From Eledone cirrhosa (lineage: Eukaryota), in contig OZ024750.1 of NCBI GenBank assembly GCA_964016885.1, forward strand, positions 40,362,001-40,426,000: a DNA stretch of 64,000 bases, read 5' to 3'. The notes beneath the pieces are model-generated. The model saw only the letters and a list, made by a program, of their open reading frames with translations. It was not told the DNA's origin and ran no database searches. The translations under genes and the position numbers were made by a program. Positions 29,721-43,400 of the stretch are shown here, piece by piece (within the stretch, counting starts at the first letter, position 1; the number at the start of each line of letters is the position of its first letter).

Positions 29721-30495
29721 TATACTTCCAATCCACCGACCTCAACACTGTAATAATGAAAGTGAAAAGAGATAGAGCAAAAATCGACCCCATTACTCGA
29801 CTGGTACGTTTTTTTATCGACCTCGAATGGATGTCAGGCAAAGTTGACCTCAGTAGAATCTAAACTCAAAGAGCACTATATCTGATGTTCTAACGTCTCT
29901 TCCAATATAAATATGGCCTGGGGTAAGATGTCTGATCTAAATGCTAATGCCCTGCTTTCAGCTAACATGTCACAAACGAAGATAGAAGAAAGACATCAAT
30001 ACAAAGCCAGTTCCACGAACAGTATACTGTAACTAATTTCATACATGGTTAAAGATGATGTTTTTTAGACTTATATAGAGAGAGAAAAGGGCTTGGAGAG
30101 GGATGGGCTCCGCTAGACTTTAAATGCCCAAGAAACACCGCATGTCACTACGACTCTATCAGGAGTTACGGGACCATTCATATAGAGAGAAAAAATATTT
30201 CATATTTTTAGAGGTTTTGGCAAAATGTGAAACTATACTGAAATGTTTACAATAACACATCTTACATTACAATTATTATTAATCCAACAGAATAACGTTT
30301 TCTCGTGAATATCATGAACTGGACCATAGACAAAACAGCAACTAGCTTTTAAAATAATGTATAAATACCAACATCGAGCAGTGGGGAACCAGAACACCTG
30401 CCTTAACTAACAAGACGGCGGAATAGCAGCGACGTGAAAATAGAATTGAGATTCTACCCGAACTAATATCGAGAGATTGAAAAGCAGAATCAACA

Positions 30496-31200
30496 ATGGT
30501 TGAAGATATATCATCCACGGTTATTCGAATCGCTCGCGCTTCAGTCTGGACTTTGTCCTGTTTCATGTGGTGCAATGCTATAGCTACTATTATCCTTGGC
30601 ATCGTAATAGGATCTATTTACGGTGGTACATTGAGCTCGTTCGGAGCTCATTTTCTGCTTTATTCTCTTCTTTTGGTCTCCTTGGGCTTAATATCCATAT
30701 GTCTCGGTGTATACAGCTTACGCTGTTTAAGGGAATACGACTACTTGGGCATGACGATTTTGGGATATTTTGCTATCATTATTGGAGTCGTTCTGCTTGC
30801 GACTGGAATAACTGGCAGTGTGGTGAAGGGTTACAACAAACCAGCTGTTCTCCGTCATTTACAACTTACCCAAAAACATTATACTACCAACGACAATGAT
30901 AAATATGCATGGGATCTTCTTCAGAGCGAACAACACTGTTGTGGAATTCATACTGGCACAGATTGGTACAAAGTTCTTGGCAACAATATTGTCCCGAAGA
31001 GCTGTTGCTTTTACAAGTTCCCAAGTTGTGGAGTGGGAGATTCTGGGGAATATCCCGAAGGCTGTTTAGCCAGTTATACTAGTCTCATAGACTTTATTCA
31101 AACATGTCTTTCAGTTTACTGCCTCGTGTGCGGATTACTGTTCTTTTTTATAGGAATTGCTCCAGCACACGCCGCCAAAAAAGTTTATGATACTTATTGA
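30496..31200 (+). CDS. Intronless divergent tetraspanin, 234 aa
   Basis: Four TM segments; AWDLLQSEQHCCG...DW...VPKSCC...PSCG...PEGC; uninterrupted ORF. Confidence 0.92.
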   Translation: MVEDISSTVIRIARASVWTLSCFMWCNAIATIILGIVIGSIYGGTLSSFGAHFLLYSLLLVSLGLISICLGVYSLRCLREYDYLGMTILGYFAIIIGVVLLATGITGSVVKGYNKPAVLRHLQLTQKHYTTNDNDKYAWDLLQSEQHCCGIHTGTDWYKVLGNNIVPKSCCFYKFPSCGVGDSGEYPEGCLASYTSLIDFIQTCLSVYCLVCGLLFFFIGIAPAHAAKKVYDTY

Positions 31201-34098
31201 ATAATTGGACTAACATTTTAATAACTTGAATCCTTTTTTTTTTTTTTTTATTTTTTATTTTTTTTTTTTAATTTAAATTCTTGCTTTCGAAACTGAACTA
31301 ATATCACAACTCGTAACCTTATTGCAATTTGATTTATGGCTCTGTTTCTGTGAGGAAAATAACTTGAAGTGTATAAGGATATTTAAACTTTTATTTCTGA
31401 CCTAATACACCCGTCAAATGTACTCGGTATGGTCTACTATAATCTGCTGGTTACATTTAATCCTGTGTTTGACACGATCAGGAATAAGTATTTCAACGAG
31501 AATCTGTTGAAAACGTTTAGTTTCTGTTAAAAACATTAATACTAAAATTGTTATTTATTCTCAATCTATCAGGTCCAGGCAAACGCTATAAATGTTCACC
31601 TCCCAACAACTGTTTACCGCATTCTCTAATTTAACGGACTTTATTTATTTATAAATACTTATGACCAACACTATTTTGGTTGAAATGTAATTTGTAACCG
31701 AACTTGCCGTCTTTCCCGGCGCCGAAGACGCTTCGTCGTCATGGATGCAGCCTAATTTTGACAAGCAAAAATTTGAAGAAAAATAAAATAAACCTTCGGT
31801 CTCCAAGACGCATGGTAGATTTTTGAGATATTTTAAAGGAAAAATGTAGCTTCTTCGACTCCGGTAAATCGTAGAAAATATTTATATTGAAGTATTTTGG
31901 ATAATTTCCTCAACTTAATTCTTTAACTTTTGACTAACGTTTTCTTTCTGATAGACGGTAGGCTGCCGGTTATTAAATAGCACCCCCCCCTCCGTTATGT
32001 GGTTAAGCGTAAAAGTATTCTTATAATCCTTTCCCCTCCCCTAAAAAAAAAAAACTTTTCTTTTATGCATTTAACTGTTTAATTAAATTTGTCTAAATTT
32101 AATTTTATGACAATGTCGAATGCGTAATTCCGTATTCCACATGTTGGCCTGGATACTAATCTAAACTAACGACCTAATGCAAACAAAACTAAACCCTGAA
32201 ACTCTAACAATATTTCCCCCACCCTCAACAGAATTGTGGTTAGCATTTCATTAATGAATGCCTGCCAAAATAAATCTATGTAAATGTGCCTAATTAGAAT
32301 ATTGGTGTCGTATTTGGCCGAGGTAGTTTTTATACAAATATTCTCGGTGACATTTAAGAAAGAATATGTAATTGATAGCCAAACCTTGGCCTGGAAACCT
32401 GATCTAATACCCGGTCAAACCAAGGCACATTTCTAGAGCTCTGAAGAACAATTCTTGATCCCCCCCCCCCCCTTCAACTAATATATATTAGTTCTTTTAG
32501 AACTAATATATATTAGTTCTTTTAGAACTAGTACATGTGCAGCCGCTAGAAAGCCCACTCTATACCCCCCCCCCCCCATACTGCTCCATTCTTTACACTA
32601 AACCCTGTGTTAATGTGGAAAACAACGTGGCAGCAAAACTACTGAACTTGAAACTTGAAACTTCAAGGACTGTTTCTGTTTAGCAAGATATAAAGACTAC
32701 TGGTACATAGATTGGCATACTATGCTAGACGATGGAGAGATGAGTAGGTCTTTACCCAGCTGGGAGAAGGAAAAACCCTTTATTTGACTAGGACAGTTTA
32801 ACACACATCAGCAATATCTGTACTAAACCATACAATCCAGTTTGCCGAAGTATATTGATATCTAGAACCTTATAAATATAAAACTACATAAATATAAAAT
32901 AAGGGTCGTGTACGTTTTTTTTTTTTTGTGGTGGAGTAATATTCCTGTAAATATCAATACTTGGAGCAAAATGATTAATCAATTAGTCACTAAACTATAC
33001 TTTTAAGTAATTGTTTACCAGTTATCCGATTTCCTTTTTCCATGAAATTAATATCGTGTCACCATTTGTGGGAATAAACGACCACTGATGTAACTTCACA
33101 TTTTGAAGTGTAGATGTACTACGAACAGACGTACTTAGGGAAAATAGCACTTATGGCAAACAGTAAAATTGCGTCTCCTGCCCCCAAATGAAGTCTTCCT
33201 CGGTCATGTAGTGCCCAGCACTGCATTTTCAACTATAGACCTAGTAATTTATAAATGGTTTAATGATCCAGCTACCATAGTGTTCCTCACATATGATAAT
33301 CAGACGGATCATACATCTGAAGTTTTGGGGGTTTTTATTTTTTATTTTTCACTCTGACGATAGCTTAACTGACTTTCTAAGAAAGTGTTCTTTGTCCAAG
33401 TGGCGTCCATGGCATATGCCATGTTTACCATATCCTAGTTATGTCCCCTGACTAGGAACGTCATAAGGGAAGACTGAGCTTTGCACTCATGGTGTCTATC
33501 ATAAAATAAGGTTAAAGTAAAAAGCTATCAGAGTTTGTTTTGAAATAATTTCCCTATTAATGCCTTTTTGGAATATCACCTTATTTCTTTTATGTTAATA
33601 CGGTCACATCGTCGAAAATTGGTTTTCAATATTCTAGGAAGACATGTTAAAATATTCCTGTAACCTTGATTTAAAAAAAAATTCTTTGTTTAGATATTGC
33701 TGTTTATCAGTCCTCACTCGTAAGATATTAAAATCTGCCAATAACATCAATTTATAATTTTACTTAGTTTCTCTCTGAATAATTAGACATTAAATTAAAT
33801 TTTTTTTCTTTTCTTTTTCCTCATTTAAAATCGGCTCACCTTAATTGTAAAATTGTTATATTACAAATGTAAAATTTATATTTTACAAATTTATGTTCAA
33901 TAAAATACTTTTTAATGATTCAAATTGTTTCTATCTTTCATTAACACCAGTTGCAGACATTTAAAACTTTTTTATTAATGAATTCATAACATAAACCCAT
34001 TTGATTTCAGTTAGCTAATCATTTCAACAAAACCACTGCTTGGCTGGTGATGGGAAAATATCACAAAACAAGTTCACTTTTGGTTATGAAAGTAATTT

Positions 34099-34138
<40 letters not shown>

Positions 34139-34583
34139 TCGTAGATACCTATAGATATATTGAAATGAGTATTCTTTATAAACCTGGTGTTGCATGTATC
34201 TGACAGATGGGTCTTATACTAAAGCAGAGGTTCTCAAACTTTTTGGCCCCACGCTCCTTACGGCCACGTAATACCCTCATCGTCCCCCACCTCTGTTTCC
34301 AGAGAGACCTGCTTACAGGCAAATTGTATATAATTAATAAAATCTTTAATAAATAATATAGACTACGTATAAATAAATATATATTTGATATTTTACTGTT
34401 GTGCGTAAATTTATATTGCAAAACTAAAGCTCGAATTCCAAGCTTTTATTCAATATCTAGAATATAAAAACAGTAATTAGTCTTGAAGAAATATAACAAT
34501 AATATTTGTAAGAAAAGAAAGATATGCAATAAAACAAAGTTATATTGAGGATAGATGAACTTCATAACATTCTTCGCCGATTT

Positions 34584-35506
34584 TTATTGTTCTTCAATAT
34601 AGCGCTTGGGGGCTACGCGTATACGATTGCTTCGTCTCACGGTGTCAACAGGAACTTGCGGTAGGATGCTAGTGCTATTTGCCACGGGATTTAAATCGAT
34701 CACGGTTTCATCTAAGAGTAGATCGTTACTGTGGTCGATGTTAAGTAGTTTCGGCATATCAGCAGGACTGCTAATTGAACTGTTTTCTTGGATGGATTGA
34801 TTGTCATTATTTTGACAATTAATTGGGCCAGGGGAGAGGTCTGCTGTTGAGACTGTACTAGATCTTCCATTTTGATATCTGACAACCGCGAAATTAGCAT
34901 TCACCATCTGTTCGATAATAACTTTATTCACTAATGGGTCGTTCTTTGTACGAATAAAGTTTCTAATATAGGCGTCGTTTCCAACTCTAAGCCAATCTGG
35001 TAGGCAAAATCCTAAGGAACCCTTTCGATCGAATCTAAATATGCAGTTATGGGGTGTCTCATTAGTCGCTGTACAGAGAAGTGATCGTTACGAGGCAAGA
35101 ACTTCTGGTATATCTTCCCACTTAGTTTCTTTAAGTTTGCGCGAGTTAATTATGCATTGAATTCCTTTCCAGAGGACTCCGTTGTAGCGCTCGTTTTTGG
35201 CCATTTCCTTGTGGATGGTACGGCGAAGTGCGCGTGTGGGATATACCATTGGACAAGCAGAAATGATCGAATTCTTTGGAGAGAAACTGAGTTCCTCGAT
35301 CGGAGTGTATGAATGAGGGAGCTCCGAATATTGAGAAGATTTGTTTGAGACAGTTAATGACAGTGTTTGAGGTGATGTCACGCATACCGAAAGCAAAAGG
35401 GAATCTGCTGAATTCGTCTACTGCAGTCAATAAGTATGTTTCCTGCTTTTGAAGATTTTGGTTTTGGTCCAACGATATCGATTGACAGACGTTCGAACGG
35501 CCTTGT
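34584..35506 (-). pseudogene. Frameshifted Gypsy integrase core and C-terminus
   Basis: LTAVDEFSRFPFA, IHSDRGTQF, TSPYHPQGNG, ERYNG and RRSNR..APKRY are split across frames. Confidence 0.88.
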
Positions 35507-37555
35507 TCACTTAATGAGTTTAGCAGATGGAGGCTTGAAGAATTTTGGCTTGCACTCCAAACATGATGCGTAGTTTTTGACGACGTCGCGGATTTCGTCT
35601 ACGGAAAAGGGCAGGTTATGGCGTCGGATATAATCGTAAAATCTAGTTACTCCTGGGTGTGCTAGTTGGTCATGGAGTACTTTTAAATCACAGGGTGGCG
35701 ATATAGCTGCAACGATTCTTGAAAGACAATCGGCTTGGGTGTTGAGGTAGCCAGGTTTGTAGTCAATGTCAAATTGATGCTCTGATAGTTCTAAACGCCA
35801 GCGAGATATTTTATCATTTTTGATTCGTGATTTATTACTCGAGAAAATGAAGGCTACTGATTTTTGGTCAGTCCGTATAATCGTATGAAAACACTTCACG
35901 TATTGCGACCATCTCCGTACAGCTTCAATAATAGCCATAGCTTCTCGCTCCACAGTTGATTGTCTTTTCTCGGACGGTGTAAGTGTTCTCGACAGGAAGG
36001 CCACGGGCCGTTCGTTTTGAGAAAGTATAGCTCCGATTGCATCGCCAGGCGCATCTGTTTCTATTACCAATGCGTGGCCAGTTTTAAGAGGAATGCTAAG
36101 AGCGGCATTAGAGATATCTGCTTTCATGGCTTGTATTACATCTGTAGCTACTTTATTCAGCGGGAACGAGTCAGCTTGTAATAGTGGTTGGATTTTCTTC
36201 GAGTAATCGGCAATCCACCTAGCATTATAGGCTAGGAATCCAAGGAATCGTTTCAGTTGTTGTTTGTTTGTTGGGATTGGGTAGTCTAGTAGGGTTTTGA
36301 TGCGTTCCTTATCGGGTTTCTTTACTCCGTTCTGAATGTTATAACCTAGTATAGATATACTCGTTTGGCCGATTTTCCTCTTATCCGAGTTAAGAGTGAG
36401 GTTTTCTGTCTTCACGGCGTTTAAGAATGCTTCCACATTTCTATCATGTTCAGCTTTGGTATTTCCCGTGACTATGACGTTGTCAATATAGGCACAGGTT
36501 TTGAGTAAGTTATATTTCTCTATAACTTGATCCATAATTCTCTGAAAAACAGGTACAGCGTTAGTTACGCCGAAGGGTAAGCGGCAGAATTGGTAGAGTT
36601 TGTGATTAGCCTGAAATGCCGTTAGAGGTTTGTCGATTTTTCTTAAAGGTACTTGGTGATACGCTGATTTGAGGTCGAATTCTGAAAAATATTTATCCTG
36701 TACCACTTTGTTAACAACATCCTCAATGTCGGGGGATGGATAGGCATCCAATTGTGTATACTTATTAATTGTCTGGGAGTAGTCTACCACGAGTCGAGGT
36801 TTCTTTCCGTGTACTATGAAGCACTGAGCTCGCCAAGGTGAAATTGATTCCTCAATGATACCAGCTTCTAGGAGGCGAGTTATTTCGGACTTAATAAAAT
36901 TGTCGTCTCTCTTGTTAATGAAACGTCCCTTAGTGGCAATCGGCTTGATATTTGTCTCGGCTAAATCGTGGAAGACAAGAGGCGGATTAACTTCTATTGT
37001 TGGAAAGGTACAGCATAGTTGATTTGAAAATTTCATGGGAGGCCGGGCACCGCCAAGGTGGAGAATAATAGAGCTATGCTGGGTGAGGACATCCATTCTG
37101 ATAATGACGTCTGCGACAAGACTTTTTGCAGTGATTAGGTTCACAGAGTATTCCTCGCTGTAGATACATATTGGTATGGATGTAGTACCAGTCGTCTTTA
37201 ATATTTTATTGTCGGCTAGTGTGATTGCCCGTTTTTCTTGTTTTACGCTCAAGTTTAATTCAGTTGCTATGCTATGACGTATAAACGAATCTGTGGAACC
37301 AGGATCGATTAAGGCCTTTAGTGTGGTGTCTTTTATAGTTATCGGGCAGAGAATAGCTTTAGACTGTTTGCCGGTATTTAATGAACATATAAGTGAGGCT
37401 GCTTGCTTACTGCTTTGGCAGTCAGATTTACAGACTGATTGCCAGTGGCCGATCTTCCCACAAGAATAGCATGTCTTTTCTAGCTGGGCATTTATTTCTA
37501 GGATGCCTAGAAAGTCCACAAAAAAAGCATTTAAATTCACTTTGGGAATTAGCAT
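35507..37555 (-). pseudogene. Gypsy gag Zn-knuckle + protease + RT + RNase H + integrase N-terminus
   Basis: CYSCGKIGHWQSVC; LIDPGST; RLVVDY, FDLKSAYHQV, LPFG, YIDN (second catalytic D changed to N); ETDAPG, EREAMA, IRTDQKS; H...HPG...CLEC. Confidence 0.9.
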
Positions 37556-37956
37556 TTTTCAAGTATTTCAAGTATTTCAGCTTTTATTCAATATCTAGAA
37601 TATAAAAACAGTAATTAGTCTTGAAGAAATATAACAATAATATTTGTAAGAAAAGAAAGATATGCAATAAAACAAAGTTATATTGAGGATAGATGAACTT
37701 CATAACATTTACTATATTTGATATTTATTATATCTCTACCCTCCACCATCACCCTCTTAGGTCCCATTGCCCCTGGACCTTCTCACTGCCATTTGGACGG
37801 AAATATAACGACTAGAGAAAAGTTACACCTCTTGCTAGAAAAAGAAAATTGATTTAAAATCAGAATTGAAGTCGTTTCAGTGGTTCACCCTCCCTCCCAT
37901 ACACACCGTGTGTTTAGAATTATGTTTCCATTATTTAAAATAAATTAACCTTTTTT

Positions 37957-38304
37957 CAGACCTGTCAACTCTCCCTGCCCGATAGGGAGATCTCCCTCCC
38001 ATTTGGGGATGGGTGAGAGATGTCTTCTCTTGTGAAAATGGGTACAGCTTTCATTATGTACAGTATCGGTAGAGAGTCGGACGCCATGCTTTTGCGAATA
38101 GAGTTACGGCCCTTTCCATTCTGAGTTCAAATCCCGCCGAGGTTAACTTTGCCTTTCATCCTTACGGGGTCGATAAAATAAAGTACCAGCAATGTACTGG
38201 GGTAATTGCTGGCCTTGTGCCAAAAGTAGAAACAATTATGTAAAAAATCTCCCCATTTTTGCTTTATTTCTCCCCTTTTGGGTTTTTAGAAGTTGGCACG
38301 TCTG
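37957..38304. mobile_element. MITE with a nested SINE (38061-38240)
   Basis: TIRs CAGACCTGTCAACT / AGTTGGCACGTCTG. Related pieces at ~42015-42145 and, inverted, at ~42355-42467 show the SINE-free state. Confidence 0.7.
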
Positions 38305-39257
38305 CTTTTTTTTTTTTTTTTTTATATCTAAATAAAATGTGACTTTTTCCTGGATTCGACCTGACAAATGCAATGTTTTGTTTATGAATTACAAGGCCAG
38401 TTACTGCCGGGGTTGGTGGGTGGTATATATAGACTATTGGCATTAACAAGTATGAAAGACAAATCTATCTTAGAACAATAAGTTATTAAAACACGACAAA
38501 AGTTTATAGTTCAACATTTTCCCCGCTTAGGTCATTTCAACAACCTTCTCTCTCGGTAAAGCATGATTAAATATAAAGATTCAGAGTTAAATAAACAAAT
38601 ACCGATAAGGTGTATATTGTTTATGCGGCATCACAGCTTTCTGGGTTAGGAGTATCAATCAACAGTGTGTCGTATTTCATCACTAACATAGTTAACCTCC
38701 AGTGTATACTGACTGTCTAGTAAAATGTCAAAAAGAAACAATATACTGATACTGATCATAGCCAACAAAGGAGCCTATTTATGGTTGCTTGATCTGCTAA
38801 AATTACCAGCTAAATCTCCGTCAAATTTTGCCTGACCCGTCTTAAAAATGTATCCAGTATACTGGATAAAATGGTCGTGATTATGAATATATATATATAT
38901 GTGTGTGTGTGTATCCCAGGTTCAATCGGGGGTAACCACAGTAAGTAAGGTACTCAATACATAGCAGAGTATAAATATTTAATATAGAAATGGCTTCTAC
39001 AGGACTAGAACTGTTTCATTCCGAGGAAATCATCAGACAACGCTTTCCTGATGATTTCCTCGGAATGAAACAGTTCTAGTCCTGTAGAATATAATATATA
39101 TATATATAGATATATATATAGATAATTTCCTATTAACCACTCTACTAAGTATTGAGTACTCTGGTGCGTTATGGTCCATCTGGTTCCTTACCACAACTCC
39201 TTCGTTTTATATATATATATATATTTATATATATTATGTAAGGCTTAATAGCATTAC

Positions 39258-39309
<52 letters not shown>

Positions 39310-39950
39310 CATTACATAATTGTCTGTGAATGCCAGCTTCCTATGGATTGTCGCCAGCAAATAGAGCAGTGGAAACTAATTAATTAGTCCTGGAAGAGGG
39401 AATCTAATTCTCTACCCCCCCCCCCCCCACCAGATCGTTCTTCTCACTATTTAACGTATTAGTGTGACTCTGTTTACATTTGGGTTGGAATCTTAATGAT
39501 ACTAGCTTAATTAAACCATCAAGTGAGTGGAAAAGAGATATCTGATGATTTTGTTTCAGGGCGGTGGATTGGCACTATCGGTAGAGCGTCAGACACCATG
39601 CTTTGCAGCACAGAGTTATGGCCCTTTACGTTCTGAGTTCAAATCCCGCTGAGGTTAACTTTGCCTTTCATCCTTATGGGCTTGATAAAATAAAGTACCA
39701 ATAACACACTGGAGTCGATTTAATCGACTTTCCCTTCCCCTTCAAATTGCTGGCCTTGTGCCTAAAGTAGAAACAATTATTATAATATATATATATATAT
39801 ATATATATTTAAAGGTTAAACAAGGTTCATTGAATAAATCAAAGAATTAGTTTTACAATAGATTGGAAGCACTCAACAGACACGGTTTTCCGGAGTTATT
39901 ATTATTAATTCAAAATATTAACAAAAATAGACATTCGTGTGATCAAGTAT

Positions 39951-40015
39951 ATTTTATTATACATATTTCAGAGGTACTGAGCTATCTTCAACAGTACGCC
40001 CTCATCAGATAAAAT
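39951..40015 (-). ncRNA. Type I hammerhead ribozyme (left arm of palindrome)
   Basis: attttat CTGATGA gggcgtactg...cagtacctct GAAA t-atgt-a TA ataaaat. Confidence 0.72.
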
Positions 40016-40120
40016 AAGATGATGCATGACATACCCTGACATAGTAGATGGTTAAGATTCAGTCATAGTAGTGAATATGATATGACATCTACTATGTCAG
40101 AGTATGTCATGCATCATCTT

Positions 40121-40185
40121 ATTTTATCTGATGAGGACGTACTGTTGAAGATATCTCAGTACCTCTGAAATATGTATAATAAAAT
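40121..40185 (+). ncRNA. Type I hammerhead ribozyme (right arm of palindrome)
   Basis: attttat CTGATGA ggacgtactg...cagtacctct GAAA t-atgt-a TA ataaaat. Confidence 0.72.
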
Positions 40186-40375
40186 ATACTTGATCACACG
40201 AATGTCTATTTTTGTTAATATTTTGTTGAATTAATATATATATATATATAGAGATAGATAATTATATACCTATACCCGCGACTCCTGGCGGAGTCGTAAG
40301 GGGCGTTGTCGTGAGATACGGCGTTTCTAGGGACATTTTTAAAACCTGGCGATTTGAACACAGCCGATTTCTTCC

Positions 40376-40407
<32 letters not shown>

Positions 40408-43400
40408 GGGTTAGAAAAAGAGATATAGAGGAAGAATCGACCTCAGTACTAGGCTGGTACTGTTGTATCGACCTCGAAATAATAGAAGACAGTTGACCTT
40501 AGCGGGATTTGAACTCAGAAAACTGGAACAAATGCTGCAAAGTATTCTATCCGACGTTCTAACGACTCCGCCAATTCGCCGCCAGTCGTGAATATAATAG
40601 GCTCGAAAATATGTCAAGTCTTAGAATGCTGATTGAACGATGTAAGTTCGATAAACAGAAACATATGCTCTAAACACAACCCTACCATTTGGAATGAAAT
40701 AGGATTTCTAATTTTGGCACAAGGTCAGCAATTTAGAGAAAGAGAAAGTCGATTATATCGATTCAGTTCTTGACTGATACTTTATTTTAGCGACTTTGAA
40801 ATGATGAAAAGTAAAGTTGACTTCGGTGGGATTTGAACGAAAGGCACAAAGGAAAGAATACAGTAAAGCATTTTATCCGACTTTCTAACGATTATTTGTA
40901 TGTATGTCCCTTAACTTCTAATATATATATACGACGTTTCTTGGGAATTTAAAGCCAGGTGGAGCCCATCCCTCTCCAGGTCCGAGTACAGCAGATTCAT
41001 TCCAGAGAAAGATAGAAAATGAGAAAGAGATATAGAGGAAGAATCGACCCCAGTTTAGACTGGTACTTTTTTTTATCGACTTCGAAACGACGAAAAGCAA
41101 AGTTGACTTCGGTGGGATTTGAACGAAGGGCGCAAAGAGACGGAAAGGGTACAATAAAGTATTTTATCCGACTTTCTAACGATTATTTGAAGTGAAATAT
41201 AAAAACCTAATCTGATCAGACGACAAGATGTCGGAAACGAGATAAGTACATATCAACTGTACACAGATGTATTCTCTCTACGTTGTTTTCTGTTGTGTTC
41301 GCTGTACCAGTCTGTTCTATAGTGATATATATATTACAGCATTGTTTCAAGGATACACACACTTCAAATATTTAAAGTGTTGTTTATTACATTCATTTCT
41401 AACGAGAGGATTTTAATTGATTGTGTTAACTCCAGAACATTCCTAGCACCAGAACTGGCGCCTGGGTATTCAACACTCTAGGGTAGCTCTATAAACGTGT
41501 TTCCCCTCCCAGTTATACGTCTTAATATATTCCACCCAGCCACTGGAAAGATAAGAAATTAAACGTTGAAAAATTAGATTTTAATAATTTCTTTCTTATT
41601 TAAGCATTTATTGAATAATTAAAGGTGACAATTTATGAGCAACTACCAAGTAGTATCATTGTCCCCATTCCCTCATCGCTCTTTAGTATTCCAGTCTTTT
41701 TAAGATTTAGTCCGAGGGCCATGCATGGAAGTGATCCCTATTAGTGTCAGTATGTGTCATTATATTGCAGTCATCTGTATATTAGACATCTCTTGACACA
41801 GCAGTTGATACTTTTAAGATAAATTACTTGGTAAGATGGCTAGCTGGCCTGAAGTATGATATTTACTATAGATACCATCTGAATTATCGCTGGAAGCTAC
41901 CAGAAAAATTAAAGTAAAGTATATTGTGAATAGAGCAAATACGATAACATGTCCTTAGTTTGACTTCATTTTCTATTTAAAATAGTTCAGTAAGTGAACT
42001 ATTAAAACTCCGTCTGATGGGGAGATCTCGTTCGTGCTCATTTCTCAGTTTTTGTGAAAATGGGTATAGCTTTCATTACGTAAAATCTCCCCATTTTTTG
42101 ACACAGTACCCCCTCCCCCCGTTTGGGTTTTTGGGGTTGACAGGTCACAATTTAACTCTTCCCTTCGTATCAAGGACGCATGTAACACGGTTCCCCAGGT
42201 AAATAAATCTTAGAAAAATCTTCCACAACGTTTCGTGTGCCAAATGATTTAGAGAGCTCAATAAAGATATATTGTGGCATATTTTGCTCTCTATACCAGA
42301 CCTCAACTTCTGAAAACCAATCGGGGAGTACCAGGAAAAAAAATGTACCCCAAAACGAGATTTTACATAATTAAAGCTATACCCATTTTCACAAGAGAAG
42401 TCATCTCTTACCCACAACAAAGTGGGTGGAAGATCTTGCCGTCGGACGGGTGAGTTAACAGGTCTGGTATACATATCTTAAAGCTGGCAAACACCAAATA
42501 TAATATCTGCTATTCTTTGCTTGACGTGGAAACTATACTGGGATTCTAGTAGAATCTGATCAGTGAAGATAACCTGTCGATTAAAAATTCTGTAGGGTTG
42601 TCTTCATACAATAAACGCTAGAAAGGTTCCTCTGAAATATTCACAATGATTCTGTCTGGTTTTTATAGAGTGAAACGAGTACTATATCTCTAGTCATGGA
42701 ACTTTCCCTACACAATATACATAACTACTTTTAGAAATTCAAACATTCTCACTTCCATGTTTCACAATTTTGGCCAGATAAGTCCCTCATTCCAAGAGAT
42801 GGAAACATGGAGAAAAAAATTTGATTCGTCAAAGGAATGTAGTTGGCGGGATCTAAAAAAAGAAAAGCGTGATGCGCCTACTGAGTGTAGCGGATGAAAG
42901 TAAGGATGGACGAAAGAGGGATATATATACTCATCATTCCCTGTCCCCGCTTATTAATTTTTCAGATTTGTTCAACCATCCTGTCTTATCCCACCCCCAC
43001 ACTTATTAAATTTTGCTAATCTATCTCCGGCGAAATTATATATTTCAAGTGGAGCATTCCTGCGACAACTTTTTATACATTAAACAAAGATTATACATGA
43101 CAAAAATACATTACTAGAAATCCTTTGTTATAAAATAAATAGAATGGGGTCTCAACATGTAAACTAAACGTTTTTTTTTTTTTTTTTTTTTTTTTCTTTT
43201 TGTTAAAAAAAAAAATAAAAAAAAAAATAATCAACGGAGACAACCTTGAAAAGTTACCACTAAGTCAAGAGTCATATCGGTGCCGTATTAACATACGTTT
43301 CTAGTGCACGATTTAAACCCGGGGGAGGGGGGGGGGGGGACCCATCCGTCTCTCCAGGTCTGAATACAGCAGATTTCTTCGTGAGAAGCATAGAAAGTGA

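Larger units (their letters stand above)
34397..37707 (-). mobile_element. Gypsy/Ty3 LTR retrotransposon, defective
   Basis: 3' LTR at 34397-34569 (173 bp, TGTT...AACA); truncated 5' LTR at 37579-37707, identical over 129 bp; 5 bp TSD TTTAC (34392-34396 and 37708-37712); purine-rich tract before the 3' LTR; domain order PR-RT-RH-IN. Confidence 0.93.

Noticed and set aside
34225-34320. hAT-like TIR start (CAGAGGTTCTCAAAC); similarly CAGACATGGGCAACC at ~57240
   Set aside because: No matching second TIR or TSD located.
39003-39085. Two CTGATGA...GAAAC cores in inverted orientation
   Set aside because: Stem I cannot be formed in either copy, so they were kept only as a palindromic remnant.
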